A stretch of 54,708 bases of DNA, taken from positions 1 to 54,708 of IMG/VR virus record IMGVR_UViG_3300035670_000266. One strand, given 5' to 3'. The notes under the pieces were generated by a model. The model searched no databases. It was not told where the DNA came from and was given only the letters and a program-made list of their open reading frames with translations. The translations under genes were made by a program, and so were the position numbers. This DNA is from a virus (taxonomy: Duplodnaviria; Caudoviricetes). Below, one piece after another: positions 43,049 to 52,173 of this stretch (position 1 is the stretch's first letter; each line of letters starts with the position of its first letter).

Positions 43049-44053
43049 ATGGAATCGAAACGTATCGTTGGGAATCAAATTCTCACCTGGCACCAAGTTC
43101 AGGGTCTCCTTGCTAATCGGGAGACTCTTTTAGCTGGTCCTGATGCTATTCGAGAGAAAGCATTTGTTATTGACACAACATGGAATGCTGCTGCTGAATA
43201 CTATTTCAGTCACACTACAGAGCAACGTGCCATGATTCGTAAGAATGGGCAGCAAGGTAAGTGTCATGATGGTGAAAATAGTCTTGGTTGGTGGGATCCT
43301 AAGACTCAAATTTACACTTCTAATCCTACCCATGAGCGTGGTATTCTGATCTGTCAGATGTACCTAAATCAGAATGGTCGTTGTGCTTACACTAGGACAG
43401 GACCTTACAGTATTCTTGACTTTCAAGTAGAACACATCAATCCTAATGCTGGAGATCATCCAGATAACATGATCCTGGTTGTTTACAACGTCAATGAGAA
43501 TCGTAAGCAGTCTAGCATGGAAACATTCATCAAGAGATGGGAGCATCGTGCTCGAAAGGGAGAAGAAGCATTCAATTTGTGGTGTGAAGACTTGAAAAAA
43601 GCTGTGTCTAAAGGACAAGCAGCAAAAATTAAAATTCTGGGCATGACAGAGGAGGAACTGGCAGACTATGTTCCCTCATGTCCAAAAAAATATGAAAAAT
43701 ACCTGTGGCGTGTGATTGGCATGTCCTCTCTACAACCATTCCGTCTCACTAAAGCAGGAGTTGCTCGCCCAGGTGGCAGTCAGGGCAACTACAAGGAGGT
43801 TCTGAATACAGTCTTGTACGAATACCTTTATGGCAACAAAGACTTGGCACAGAGGATCTACGGTATGGCACGATCAGCTGCTGATCGATACGTTCGTGGG
43901 TTCATTCAGAACACTCAGTATATCGAAGAGGTCTGTGATGCCATTGAGTTGTCAGATCACGTAGTTTCAGGTTATAATAGAAGCAAGTTCACTGCTAAGG
44001 TTCTCCGTAACACCTATTCTTGGTCCCATCTGTCATGTCATACCCGTTTATGA
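43049..44053 (+). CDS. HNH-family endonuclease
   Basis: QNGRCAYT...FQVEHINP..GDHPDNMILV...VNENRK. Confidence 0.75.
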   Translation: MESKRIVGNQILTWHQVQGLLANRETLLAGPDAIREKAFVIDTTWNAAAEYYFSHTTEQRAMIRKNGQQGKCHDGENSLGWWDPKTQIYTSNPTHERGILICQMYLNQNGRCAYTRTGPYSILDFQVEHINPNAGDHPDNMILVVYNVNENRKQSSMETFIKRWEHRARKGEEAFNLWCEDLKKAVSKGQAAKIKILGMTEEELADYVPSCPKKYEKYLWRVIGMSSLQPFRLTKAGVARPGGSQGNYKEVLNTVLYEYLYGNKDLAQRIYGMARSAADRYVRGFIQNTQYIEEVCDAIELSDHVVSGYNRSKFTAKVLRNTYSWSHLSCHTRL

Positions 44054-44877
44054 AAACAACTAATCATTCCCTGTATCGCTACGCTGGTGGCAAGAACAGG
44101 ATGAAGAAAGATCTGATTGAAATCATCCGTGATGTCAATCCTGGTCTGAAATATATTGTGTCTCCATTCTTTGGTGGTGGAAGTACAGAAATGCTCCTGG
44201 CATCTCAGGGCGTCAAGGTCCAAGGATACGATATTTTCCGACCCCTGGCAGACTTCTGGGAGATTCTCAAGACAGAGGGCGGTTGGCGCCTGGCAGACGA
44301 GGTTGAGAAGCATCATCCATTAGTTGACAGCGATCACTACAAATCCTTCCTTCCGTTGTTAGATAGTGACGATAAGTTCACCCGAGCATGGGCATTTTAC
44401 ATAGCTATCAAGGGTTCGTACTCAGGTAAGATCGGATGTTCGACCGTTCGTAGTAGAGCAGAGTTCAGACTTGTTGGAATTGATAAACTTAGGAATTTTC
44501 ATGCTCCGAACCTGTCGTTTGCCTACGGTAGTTGCTTCGACACGATCCCGAAGCACGAAAATGACTTTTTGTACCTGGATCCACCATATTATGAGACTGT
44601 TAGCCACTATTATGGCAAAGATGGTGCTCTTCATAAGTCATTTGATCACGAAGCTTTCTGTGATGTCTTGAAGCAACACAAAGGTGGGTTCGTGATGTCT
44701 TATGACAACAGCGATTCTGTTCGTGAACTTTACGAAGGATGGACTGAGTTCAGGTATCTCACATTTCCGTATCAAATGTCTGGCACCAAACGCTACGATA
44801 AGACGGAACTTGTGATTGTTAAATATCCTCAGAATGTACGACCAAAACAAAAAGCATTAGAGGCATTTTTAGTATGA
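44050..44877 (+). CDS. Dam-like (D12 class) N6-adenine DNA methyltransferase
   Basis: RYAGGK, PFFGGGS, YLDPPYY, FVMSYDN, ELVI; ATG 44050 overlaps the HNH stop (ATGA). Confidence 0.9.
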   Translation: MKTTNHSLYRYAGGKNRMKKDLIEIIRDVNPGLKYIVSPFFGGGSTEMLLASQGVKVQGYDIFRPLADFWEILKTEGGWRLADEVEKHHPLVDSDHYKSFLPLLDSDDKFTRAWAFYIAIKGSYSGKIGCSTVRSRAEFRLVGIDKLRNFHAPNLSFAYGSCFDTIPKHENDFLYLDPPYYETVSHYYGKDGALHKSFDHEAFCDVLKQHKGGFVMSYDNSDSVRELYEGWTEFRYLTFPYQMSGTKRYDKTELVIVKYPQNVRPKQKALEAFLV

Positions 44878-45518
44878 ATATCACTAGACATACAAAATAC
44901 ATATGGGAAGTGGAAAATCTCATCACAGAAGAGGAATGTGATGAGTTTAATAATTTGTTTGATAATCTAGGATTAGAACCAGTAGAAGGATTCAGAAATC
45001 TCGTTAGGAAAAACGATTCATATTCGTTCGAAGATCAAACAGCACAAGAAGTAGATAATCTAGCTTGGAGTTTTGTGTTGAGAGCACACAAACTTTTCTT
45101 AGAAAAGAATCAATGGATTTTTTTTAATTGGGATAAAGGAGAATTGACAGGTGATACTGCTTGGAAAGGTAAGAATATTATTAGATCTTACAATGCTGAT
45201 GATTTTTACGACTGGCATACAGATCACAACAAAACAAACTTATCTGAGCTGTCGTATATCATCTATTTGAACGATGATTTCCAAGGAGGAGAAACATGTT
45301 TCAAGAATGATAATCTGTCTGTACAACCTAAAAAGTGTAGTGCTCTGTGTTTCCCTGTAGACCATTACCATATACATAGAAGTAATAAGATAATTTCTGG
45401 CAACAAGAGAATTATCTGGAATTGTCTATTCAGATCTGAATTAAAAGTTTCTGAAAGAACAACAGGTTATGGTTCTATAGTAGGAGCTCCCCGTGGAAGC
45501 AAAAAAAGTATTTGGTGA
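44874..45518 (+). CDS. 2OG-Fe(II) oxygenase
   Basis: YDWHTD, IIYLNDDFQGGET.F, H.S.KI.SG.K. Confidence 0.85.
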   Translation: MNITRHTKYIWEVENLITEEECDEFNNLFDNLGLEPVEGFRNLVRKNDSYSFEDQTAQEVDNLAWSFVLRAHKLFLEKNQWIFFNWDKGELTGDTAWKGKNIIRSYNADDFYDWHTDHNKTNLSELSYIIYLNDDFQGGETCFKNDNLSVQPKKCSALCFPVDHYHIHRSNKIISGNKRIIWNCLFRSELKVSERTTGYGSIVGAPRGSKKSIW

Positions 45519-45524
45519 TAGATA

Positions 45525-45755
45525 ATGACATTATACTATTATGGACTGCTAACGATTTTTGGCATTGTGGCTTGTATAATGGTCATTGATCCCAATGTTG
45601 GAACATATATTGATTTACAAGTAAGAAATGTATTTGTACAAATAAAACGATTTTGGTATCTTGCTACTTTATATCCAACAATTAAGTATAACAACTGGCA
45701 ATTGATGAGACAGTTGAAAAAAATTAGAAAAGAGCACAATTTACCCGATGAATAA
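45525..45755 (+). CDS. Hypothetical membrane protein
   Basis: N-terminal hydrophobic helix; overlaps next start. Confidence 0.65.
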   Translation: MTLYYYGLLTIFGIVACIMVIDPNVGTYIDLQVRNVFVQIKRFWYLATLYPTIKYNNWQLMRQLKKIRKEHNLPDE

Positions 45756-46290
45756 TCTATTTGATTACGTTTATGTAGAAAATATTCTATCTAAACAATT
45801 TTGTGAACGATCTATAGAACTACTTGATAATCTTAGATGGGAACCTCATACATGGTATGGTAGCGAGAATGGATCTGAACGAAAGCTATTAGATAGGAAA
45901 GATTTTTCGGTAACCTACGATCTGATGCTTCAGATTGAAATTAAGGATAGATTGTTTGATGCTCTTGAGAACTATTTCAAAAAGCATCCAGAATCATACT
46001 GTAGAGATTGTTCTGTTCTTCGATTCAATAAGTATTCTGTTGGAGAAAAAATAGATCCACATGTAGATCATATCAGTGGAATCTTTAATGACAAAAAAGG
46101 CATTCCAATTCTTAGTGTAGTTGGATTATTAAATGATAATTTTGATGGTGGTGAGTTTATGCTCTGTAATCAAAAAGTTGACTTAAAAGCTGGGGATGTG
46201 CTAATATTCCCATCTATCTTTCTCTATCCACATGAGGTAAAACCAGTGACAAAAGGAACTAGATACTCTTGGGTTTTGTGGGGGTTCTAA
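45748..46290 (+). CDS. 2OG-Fe(II) oxygenase (prolyl-hydroxylase-like)
   Basis: HVD, LNDNFDGGEF, FPSIFLYPHEVKPVTKGTRYS. Confidence 0.9.
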   Translation: MNNLFDYVYVENILSKQFCERSIELLDNLRWEPHTWYGSENGSERKLLDRKDFSVTYDLMLQIEIKDRLFDALENYFKKHPESYCRDCSVLRFNKYSVGEKIDPHVDHISGIFNDKKGIPILSVVGLLNDNFDGGEFMLCNQKVDLKAGDVLIFPSIFLYPHEVKPVTKGTRYSWVLWGF

Positions 46291-46475
46291 TGACACACTA
46301 CGATAAGTTAATGGATGCTATTAAAGATCATTTGTATGCCTATTATATTAGTGGCACACATAATGATGGATGGGATGAAGCAGCTGCTCAAGAATCTGCT
46401 AGCGATATTCTACAAACTGTAGAAGAGTTTCAACAGAAACGTGCTGATTTTACTCGTTGGAGAGCATCAGATTGA
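46290..46475 (+). CDS. Hypothetical protein
   Basis: MTHYDKLMDAIKDH..., TAATG coupling to previous gene. Confidence 0.65.
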   Translation: MTHYDKLMDAIKDHLYAYYISGTHNDGWDEAAAQESASDILQTVEEFQQKRADFTRWRASD

Positions 46476-46699
46476 AATACCTTAGAATTTATTGGAGAAT
46501 TTGGGCTAAAGCACTTGGTCAAAAAGCAAGTGATTGTGACAAAGAATCTGATAAAGTTGCTGTTGTCAGAACTATCATTTTGATGACATATATGATTACA
46601 AACATTGCTATTGTTGCTAACGCTATAAGACATTGGAACGATGATTCTAGACAACTCATATCTCCTGGAGGATGTATTCCAAATGCCAGGATACGTTAG
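46457..46699 (+). CDS. Hypothetical membrane protein (start uncertain)
   Basis: WRIWAKALG.KAS..DKESDKVA..RT...N..IVAN..RHW. Confidence 0.6.
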   Translation: MESIRLKYLRIYWRIWAKALGQKASDCDKESDKVAVVRTIILMTYMITNIAIVANAIRHWNDDSRQLISPGGCIPNARIR

Positions 46700-46850
46700 T
46701 AAAAATATGGAATGGGCAGCTATTCCATATGCTGATGGACAGTTTATCGTCTGTCACAAGGGTCAGCAAGTCAAATGGTGTAAAGACTATAATACTGCTG
46801 TAACTTTCATTCAAAAGTACAACAAACCTAAGCGAAGGAAAAAATTATGA
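46641..46850 (+). CDS. Hypothetical protein
   Basis: 69-aa ORF with ATGA overlap to next. Confidence 0.6.
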   Translation: MILDNSYLLEDVFQMPGYVSKNMEWAAIPYADGQFIVCHKGQQVKWCKDYNTAVTFIQKYNKPKRRKKL

Positions 46851-47101
46851 AACTCAACACTGTTGATGGTCGTCCCGAAGTTCAAGAAGATTGGAATGCT
46901 CGATTTAAGCAAGAACGTAAGGATCGTCTGGCTGATGCTATTGGTGAATATCTGACTGATGAAGATGTTACTGCCGAGTCGGCATATGAAGATATGCTTG
47001 CTGAGGTGGAAGGATGGGTGAAATACTATAGAACTTATCTTGATAAAGCAGAGGGTCTTCGTGATCGTTTGCTTGGAATGAAACCAGTTACTTTTGATTG
47101 A
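46847..47101 (+). CDS. Hypothetical protein
   Basis: 84-aa ORF in coupled chain. Confidence 0.7.
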   Translation: MKLNTVDGRPEVQEDWNARFKQERKDRLADAIGEYLTDEDVTAESAYEDMLAEVEGWVKYYRTYLDKAEGLRDRLLGMKPVTFD

Positions 47102-47306
47102 TATGACAGAAGATTTTGTTAGACTTAATGTACATGAGATTGGCATCATTCTCTCAGCACTTCAGTATATTGATTTGAGAGAAGAGCTACAGATTGCTAA
47201 AGAATATGGTAGTGTGCCAGCACTGTATAACAAACTATACAGTGTCTGGGAGGGGATGGACAGATCTCAAACTGTCCTAACCAACGACGTGGTGCCGTCC
47301 TTCTGA
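47094..47306 (+). CDS. Hypothetical protein (start may be ATG 47103)
   Basis: VRLNVHEIGIILSALQ...YGSVPALYNKL. Confidence 0.65.
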   Translation: MIDMTEDFVRLNVHEIGIILSALQYIDLREELQIAKEYGSVPALYNKLYSVWEGMDRSQTVLTNDVVPSF

Positions 47307-47315
47307 CGCTATAAT
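47258..47315 (+). promoter_or_regulatory. Phage early-type promoter, copy B
   Basis: GGACAG-atctcaaa-CTGTCC palindrome; TATAAT 37 nt after the start of TGTCC. Confidence 0.7.
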
Positions 47316-47340
47316 TACAAGGTAATCGAGAGACACCCCG

Positions 47341-47604
47341 ATGTCCGACTTCCCCACCCTCCAGTCCAAAGACGGCACCATGCTGGTCGGATACTATCCT
47401 GTCAAGACCCCCTATGGTGACATCAGTAAAGAGTGGTGCCTTCAGGTTTTGTCCTGGAAAGGTGTAGACCAGATCTCCAAGAAGTTTCTCAATCGTGTTG
47501 AGAAGATTGTTGCTATTCGAGATCGTCTGGCACATGATTACGTTGTGACTGGTGACAATAGCGACCTGCCTCAACTCGGCAATCCTTTCTATGGAGCTTG
47601 CTGA
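47341..47604 (+). CDS. Hypothetical protein
   Basis: 87-aa ORF directly after promoter copy B. Confidence 0.75.
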   Translation: MSDFPTLQSKDGTMLVGYYPVKTPYGDISKEWCLQVLSWKGVDQISKKFLNRVEKIVAIRDRLAHDYVVTGDNSDLPQLGNPFYGAC

Positions 47605-47648
47605 ACTGGCACACTCACCCCACATTGGGGTGATTTCACCCCTATAAT
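47603..47648 (+). promoter_or_regulatory. Phage early-type promoter, copy C (right half-site), with embedded hairpin
   Basis: gaacTGGCAC; TCACCCCA-CAT-TGGGGTGA hairpin at 47615-47633; TATAAT 36 nt after TGGCA. Confidence 0.65.
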
Positions 47649-47669
47649 GAGTACATCTTCAAAAGACCA

Positions 47670-47855
47670 ATGACTGTCTCCTATCTTACCAAAGATCATC
47701 ATCTTGCTGCTCTTTACGATGCTTGTGCTGTCATCGTAGACACGTATTTACATACGGATGTGCTTGATGGAGCAAATACTGAATTGTATACTCCATATCA
47801 ACTGATGAAAAGTGCTAGACTGATTATGAATCAAATTGCTGATGGTAATCTGTGA
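47670..47855 (+). CDS. Hypothetical protein
   Basis: 61-aa ORF after promoter copy C. Confidence 0.7.
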   Translation: MTVSYLTKDHHLAALYDACAVIVDTYLHTDVLDGANTELYTPYQLMKSARLIMNQIADGNL

Positions 47856-48010
47856 TGAAATTTTATCCTTGGTTCTTTCTTGTGATTGCTATTCTAATGT
47901 GGAATGGTATGTTGATCAAACGTGATCAAGAACTATTCAAAGCATATGATGAAGCATGTGCTGCTCTGCCTCAACCTCACCCCGATTGTATTTACGTTAA
48001 AAACAAATGA
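47855..48010 (+). CDS. Small membrane protein (51 aa, not in ORF track)
   Basis: MKFYPWFFLVIAILMWNGMLIKRDQELFKAYD...; TGATG and ATGA coupling. Confidence 0.65.
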   Translation: MKFYPWFFLVIAILMWNGMLIKRDQELFKAYDEACAALPQPHPDCIYVKNK

Positions 48011-48174
48011 ATCCCGACACTTACACTTTTGCTGGCGATGCTGTTACCTTCCTTGGTTTTGTTGGTGTTGCTTCGGCGTTTATTATCGTTGTTACTGCTT
48101 TCCGTCGTTTCTTCAACTCTCCTTATAACATTCGTTATGTGAAGACTGATAACAACGATAATATCGATCAATAA
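48007..48174 (+). CDS. Small single-pass membrane protein (55 aa, not in ORF track)
   Basis: MNPDTYTFAGDAVTFLGFVGVASAFIIVVTAFRRFFNSPYN... Confidence 0.65.
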   Translation: MNPDTYTFAGDAVTFLGFVGVASAFIIVVTAFRRFFNSPYNIRYVKTDNNDNIDQ

Positions 48175-48201
48175 ATATCTAACGTACTAAACATAAAACG
48201 T

Positions 48202-48357
48202 ATGTCTGATCTACAATCAGAAGCTATGTTAGCAGATCTTAGAAAACTCTTGGCAGAGTTACAAGTTACTATCATAGAACAGAAAAAACAAATTGAAGAT
48301 TTGAGCTATGAATTATACCTAGTGAATTCTGACAGGGACAAAGAACATGATTGCTGA
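48202..48357 (+). CDS. Small coiled-coil protein (51 aa, not in ORF track)
   Basis: MSDLQSEAMLADLRKLLAELQVTIIEQKKQIEDLSYEL...; TAAATA at 48172-48177 upstream. Confidence 0.55.
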   Translation: MSDLQSEAMLADLRKLLAELQVTIIEQKKQIEDLSYELYLVNSDRDKEHDC

Positions 48358-48619
48358 TATTGTTGTAGATTTTACTTCTCATCTTAAACATGGCAATGTA
48401 TTTCTAGTTGAACTAGATTTGCCATTACAAGATCATCCTGATGATGTTCCTAGTCATATTTCTGTAGAACTTTACTTAATTGCTCATGATTGTGAACAAG
48501 CCCAGTACATTGCCCACACAATGTATCCAGATGCAGAAGGAATCTCAGTCCACATTGACCCAATCGACGAGTTCACCTATGTATCCAGAAGGAATAGAAG
48601 TATACTACAGGGGACATAA
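48347..48619 (+). CDS. Hypothetical protein
   Basis: 90-aa ORF. Confidence 0.65.
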   Translation: MIADIVVDFTSHLKHGNVFLVELDLPLQDHPDDVPSHISVELYLIAHDCEQAQYIAHTMYPDAEGISVHIDPIDEFTYVSRRNRSILQGT

Positions 48620-48773
48620 AGGTATCATTAAATTTTCGTGTCCAGATTATGTCAGTATATGTATTAGAGTCTTCCCAGATGAACCAGTAAGAAATGTTTG
48701 TCTAATATGCCATAAATCAAATTTTGATGAAATTGAACTTGTAATTGGAAATCATTCGAGACAAGATGACTAA
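48579..48773 (+). CDS. Hypothetical protein
   Basis: MYPEGIEVYYRGHKGIIKF...; ATG 48579 preferred. Confidence 0.6.
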   Translation: MYPEGIEVYYRGHKGIIKFSCPDYVSICIRVFPDEPVRNVCLICHKSNFDEIELVIGNHSRQDD

Positions 48774-48921
48774 GTATGCCGTAGTTTACCTGGAACCTAA
48801 GAAAAAAGGATTTTCCCGCCAGGAAGCCGTCTTCTATGACCTAGAGGACGCTGCTGCCTGGGAAAAACATGTAAAAACATTGTTTAACACTAAAACTGAA
48901 ATTGTGCCTTTGTTTAACTAG
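48766..48921 (+). CDS. Small hypothetical protein (51 aa, not in ORF track)
   Basis: MTKYAVVYLEPKKKGFSRQEAVFYDLEDAAAWEKHVK... Confidence 0.6.
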   Translation: MTKYAVVYLEPKKKGFSRQEAVFYDLEDAAAWEKHVKTLFNTKTEIVPLFN

Positions 48922-48922
48922 T

Positions 48923-49072
48923 ATGTACGACGATTTTGACTATTATTCTATTGATAACGACAGCATTTTTAACAATTACGATCTACGAGAGAGTATTATC
49001 AGGGAAATGAGTGAGCAAGAGCTGTGGGACACTTTTGAAACTGTCCCAGAGGACCTCCTGGCGAACTACTGA
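48923..49072 (+). CDS. Small acidic protein (49 aa, not in ORF track)
   Basis: MYDDFDYYSIDNDSIFNNYDLRESIIREMSEQELWDTFETVPEDLLANY. Confidence 0.5.
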   Translation: MYDDFDYYSIDNDSIFNNYDLRESIIREMSEQELWDTFETVPEDLLANY

Positions 49073-49083
49073 CACCCTATAAT
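49026..49083 (+). promoter_or_regulatory. Phage early-type promoter, copy D
   Basis: GGGACA-cttttgaaac-TGTCCC palindrome; TATAAT 36 nt after TGTCC; followed by AAGTACATC. Confidence 0.72.
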
Positions 49084-49107
49084 AAGTACATCGACAGGGG
49101 ACATCCC

Positions 49108-49563
49108 ATGACCACCACCTTCGCCCAGTTCGCTTCTGAGCAGACTGCTCGTAACACTATCCATCTCAACATCGTCAAGTATTGCTTGATGCTGTGTGAT
49201 GCTCTTCGCCAGAACTACATTGATTACAGCATCAAGACTCACACTAGTGCTCTTGCTCGTCTTGAGGGTAACACCGAGACTGCTGTTGCTTATCACAAAG
49301 CATGTATCGAAGATCTTAAGAATGGTCGTTGTGACTATGACTTTACTATTGAGTCTGGTCGTAAGTATCACAAGATCATGATGAGTGCTGCTGGTGCTCG
49401 TTCTATTCATGCTTTTATTGACAAGAAAACTGGTGAAGTGTACAAACCTGCCAGCATTAAAGGTCCTGCCAAGAATGTTCGTTTCAATCTTCTCGTTATC
49501 AACGAACGTGAATGGTTGTTTCAACATGCTGACTGGGCGGGTGGTTATCTTTACCAACGTTAA
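49108..49563 (+). CDS. Conserved-type phage hypothetical protein
   Basis: GRKYHKI...SIHAFIDKKTGEVYKPAS.K.PAKNVRF...DWAGGYLY. Confidence 0.8.
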   Translation: MTTTFAQFASEQTARNTIHLNIVKYCLMLCDALRQNYIDYSIKTHTSALARLEGNTETAVAYHKACIEDLKNGRCDYDFTIESGRKYHKIMMSAAGARSIHAFIDKKTGEVYKPASIKGPAKNVRFNLLVINEREWLFQHADWAGGYLYQR

Positions 49564-49583
49564 TTTTTAATTTAATTTTAATC

Positions 49584-49844
49584 ATGGCAAACATCAAATT
49601 TGGTTCATACGATCAGTTTAAAGTCACTGACTTTGGGCGAAAAGTTAATTATCGATATCCATGGGATAAAGTTGTTGCAACTGGTAGAGACTATGGTTTT
49701 TTTGTTGGTTGTAAAGATAAACCAGCACCACCAAAAACTCTCAAAAATCGTAAATGGGAAATTCTCCCAGCTATGGATGAAGGAGAACGTGGTTGGTATG
49801 TTTATTTAAAAAACTATACCAACGGATATAAGCCAGAGAGTTGA
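49584..49844 (+). CDS. Hypothetical protein
   Basis: 86-aa ORF with YRYPW motif. Confidence 0.65.
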   Translation: MANIKFGSYDQFKVTDFGRKVNYRYPWDKVVATGRDYGFFVGCKDKPAPPKTLKNRKWEILPAMDEGERGWYVYLKNYTNGYKPES

Positions 49845-49869
49845 CAACCCTCTTTTTTTCTGATAAATT
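49841..49869 (+). promoter_or_regulatory. Sigma70-type promoter with extended -10
   Basis: TTGACA-N17-TAAATT with TGn; followed by GAGTACAT. Confidence 0.6.
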
Positions 49870-49895
49870 ACTAGAGTACATTCAACACGGAACAC

Positions 49896-50129
49896 ATGGA
49901 AGATCTCTTCATTGTAATTGAATCCCTTGGAATTGCCGTGGCACTTGATGATCGTGGCACTCCATTCACTTGTCCTATCGATTCTGATGGGAATATTGAA
50001 TGGGAGTTTGATTCCGATATTGATTGGGATGATCTCTCTCCTGCTCAATACAAACTGTTCATGACTGCTTTCAAAGCTCTTCAAGAACTGTCTCTGCTCA
50101 CCCAAAACGTTTCTCTTTTCGTAAAATGA
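49896..50129 (+). CDS. Hypothetical protein
   Basis: 77-aa acidic ORF. Confidence 0.65.
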   Translation: MEDLFIVIESLGIAVALDDRGTPFTCPIDSDGNIEWEFDSDIDWDDLSPAQYKLFMTAFKALQELSLLTQNVSLFVK

Positions 50130-50353
50130 AGAAATTTTCTCACATCTCCGATCTATTTGCTCCTATTAATTATGAAGAAGCACCAGTACGGATTCGCCCC
50201 CGTGCTGATCTTGAACCAGAGCAAGTGCAAAAGTTCTGGCGTTATCATGGACGCTTTCCAAATGACTTCGCCCGTGCTATAGTAGAAGTGCTGCCAGAGG
50301 GTAAAATCTTTGTTCAGTATGATCACCTTGCTAACTCGCTCGTTATTAAATGA
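50126..50353 (+). CDS. Hypothetical protein
   Basis: 75-aa ORF, ATGA overlaps at both ends. Confidence 0.7.
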   Translation: MKKFSHISDLFAPINYEEAPVRIRPRADLEPEQVQKFWRYHGRFPNDFARAIVEVLPEGKIFVQYDHLANSLVIK

Positions 50354-50562
50354 CCCAACAAGAAAAAGAACACGATTCTGTTTGTAATCAAGTAGAAACT
50401 ATTCTTAAGAATAGGTTTCGTAGGTTCAAGCACCTTATGAAGAACGATCGTGTTGAAGATGCTGTTGCGATTGGCGAAGAGTTTACAGAATGGATGCTAG
50501 AGACAGATGAAATCATATATTTCAGTCTCAATGATTTGAAAGAACTCCTCGAATCTAAATGA
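50350..50562 (+). CDS. Hypothetical protein
   Basis: 70-aa ORF, ATGA overlaps. Confidence 0.7.
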   Translation: MTQQEKEHDSVCNQVETILKNRFRRFKHLMKNDRVEDAVAIGEEFTEWMLETDEIIYFSLNDLKELLESK

Positions 50563-51170
50563 AGAATCCAATCCAGTTAATTGAACCATCACCCTATGTA
50601 GTTTTTGCCACTAAACTGCCAGACTCATTGTGTGATGATATTTGCTCATACTTTTCTGATAAAGAAGTAGATATGGGCAAAACAGTCAATAACAAAGGTT
50701 ACCGTAGGGCGGGCATTCGATGGTCTAGCCCTGGTGATTGGATTGGACCTTTTATGTGGCAGTATTTGTCACAGGTAAATGAAACTCACTTCCAGTATGA
50801 TATTACTGGTACATATTTTGGTGAGACACATCAAATTGAATATCGCCCAGGTTGTCACTATAAATGGCATGAAGATGATAGCATCTCTCATTGTCTAATG
50901 TATGAGCATCCTGGATTTCATAAGTTTAGACCAGAGATAAAAGAATATATGAGAAAGCTGTCATATACTCTACAACTATCTCATCCTGATGATTACACTG
51001 GTGGTCAAGTACAGCTGTGGGATGAATCAAGAAAAATGTCATTCTTTATTCCAAAAGAAAAAGGAACGTTATGTATCTTTGATTCGAGAACTAGGCATCG
51101 TGTTCTACCAGTAAAAGAAGGAAAACGATTTGCTTTAGTTGGATGGGCAGTAGGACCAAGATGGAAGTAA
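50559..51170 (+). CDS. 2OG-Fe(II) oxygenase (PKHD/P4H-like)
   Basis: HYKWHED, RKLSYTLQLSHPDDYTGG, FDSRTRHRVLPV.EG.R.ALVGWAVGPRWK. Confidence 0.9.
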   Translation: MKNPIQLIEPSPYVVFATKLPDSLCDDICSYFSDKEVDMGKTVNNKGYRRAGIRWSSPGDWIGPFMWQYLSQVNETHFQYDITGTYFGETHQIEYRPGCHYKWHEDDSISHCLMYEHPGFHKFRPEIKEYMRKLSYTLQLSHPDDYTGGQVQLWDESRKMSFFIPKEKGTLCIFDSRTRHRVLPVKEGKRFALVGWAVGPRWK

Positions 51171-51319
51171 CAATCACATTGGGCGATGATCTTCAAGAAG
51201 ATTACGAATCGTGGATGGCAGTAAAAGAAAGTTTGAATATAGATAGATCTATTAATTCTTTTTTACATTATGTTCATTACTACGGTACATTTAAAAATCC
51301 AAAGATACCAGAGGACTAA
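51161..51319 (+). CDS. Small hypothetical protein (52 aa, not in ORF track)
   Basis: MEVTITLGDDLQEDYESWMAVKESLNIDRSINSFLHYV...; fills the gap exactly. Confidence 0.55.
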   Translation: MEVTITLGDDLQEDYESWMAVKESLNIDRSINSFLHYVHYYGTFKNPKIPED

Positions 51320-51321
51320 TC

Positions 51322-51597
51322 ATGACTGACATTCACTTGTTTGTACAAGAAGGTTGTCGCCCTTGTATGTACGCTGAGACACAACTTAAAAAGGTAGATG
51401 GTTGGGAGAATGTTGTCAACATCACCAACGCTAAAGATGGCAATCAGTGGACACAGTTTGCTACTGATTGTGGTGTAGTTGGCACACCAACTTTAATTGC
51501 TTTAATTGATGGTGTGGTTGTTGCTAAGGTTGAAGGATCTAATAGTATGACATCTGATTTCTGGAGGGCTACGGTAGAGAAGCATGGGAATGTTTGA
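51322..51597 (+). CDS. Thioredoxin/glutaredoxin-like protein
   Basis: FVQEGCRPC (CxxC) and VVGTPTL (cis-Pro loop). Confidence 0.85.
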   Translation: MTDIHLFVQEGCRPCMYAETQLKKVDGWENVVNITNAKDGNQWTQFATDCGVVGTPTLIALIDGVVVAKVEGSNSMTSDFWRATVEKHGNV

Positions 51598-52003
51598 TTA
51601 TTTCCGCTCATCGTATGATTTGGGTGAGCAGTTCACAAATGTAGTGTGTCAAACTAAAGATATCGAAGAGGGTATCGGTGGTACAATGACAGACTATTGG
51701 TTAGATCCAAATGGTTTGTTGTGGTATTCGAGCTATAGAGAAACTCATACCTTCCATGCTATTAATGAAGATGATCCTCGTTACGATCCAGATAAAAAGT
51801 TTCTGAACTTCGAATGGATTCCTACTGGTAAACATGGTAAGTTTCTAGCACATCCGATTACAAAGTACATTGAAATTCATCCAGAAGGGTGGAAAGGTAA
51901 GTGGGAAGACTGGCCTAGGTTGAAATTACACTTCAAATATGGTAAACTACAGGAATACATCAACATCACAGGAGAAAGGCAATGGCATTATCCCAATCAG
52001 TAG
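51584..52003 (+). CDS. Hypothetical protein (MGMFD family)
   Basis: MGMFDY...QTKD...F..G.L pattern common in phage ORFs. Confidence 0.75.
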   Translation: MGMFDYFRSSYDLGEQFTNVVCQTKDIEEGIGGTMTDYWLDPNGLLWYSSYRETHTFHAINEDDPRYDPDKKFLNFEWIPTGKHGKFLAHPITKYIEIHPEGWKGKWEDWPRLKLHFKYGKLQEYINITGERQWHYPNQ

Positions 52004-52173
52004 AAGAATCATTGAATGAAGCAGCATCAGCACTTCGTAATGCTTTAGCATACGCCGCTAGACAAGAACGACCAGTTGTGTGTAATTCAATTTCGGAAAT
52101 GATTTGCCGTATCGATCAAATTCAATCATTTGACGGTATCATGGATAAACTTGAAGAATTTAAAAATAAATGA
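51982..52173 (+). CDS. Hypothetical protein
   Basis: MALSQSVEESLNEA...LRNALAYAARQERP. Confidence 0.7.
   Translation: MALSQSVEESLNEAASALRNALAYAARQERPVVCNSISEMICRIDQIQSFDGIMDKLEEFKNK

Noticed and set aside
47221-47244. Perfect 9-bp inverted repeat CACTGTATA-acaaac-TATACAGTG resembling an SOS box
   Set aside because: CTG-to-CAG spacing is 14, not 10; it lies inside a CDS, is single copy, and cyanobacterial LexA uses a different motif.
47922-48128. 68-aa Cys-rich plus-strand ORF in the track
   Set aside because: Out-of-frame overlap of two better-coupled small ORFs (47855..48010 and 48007..48174).
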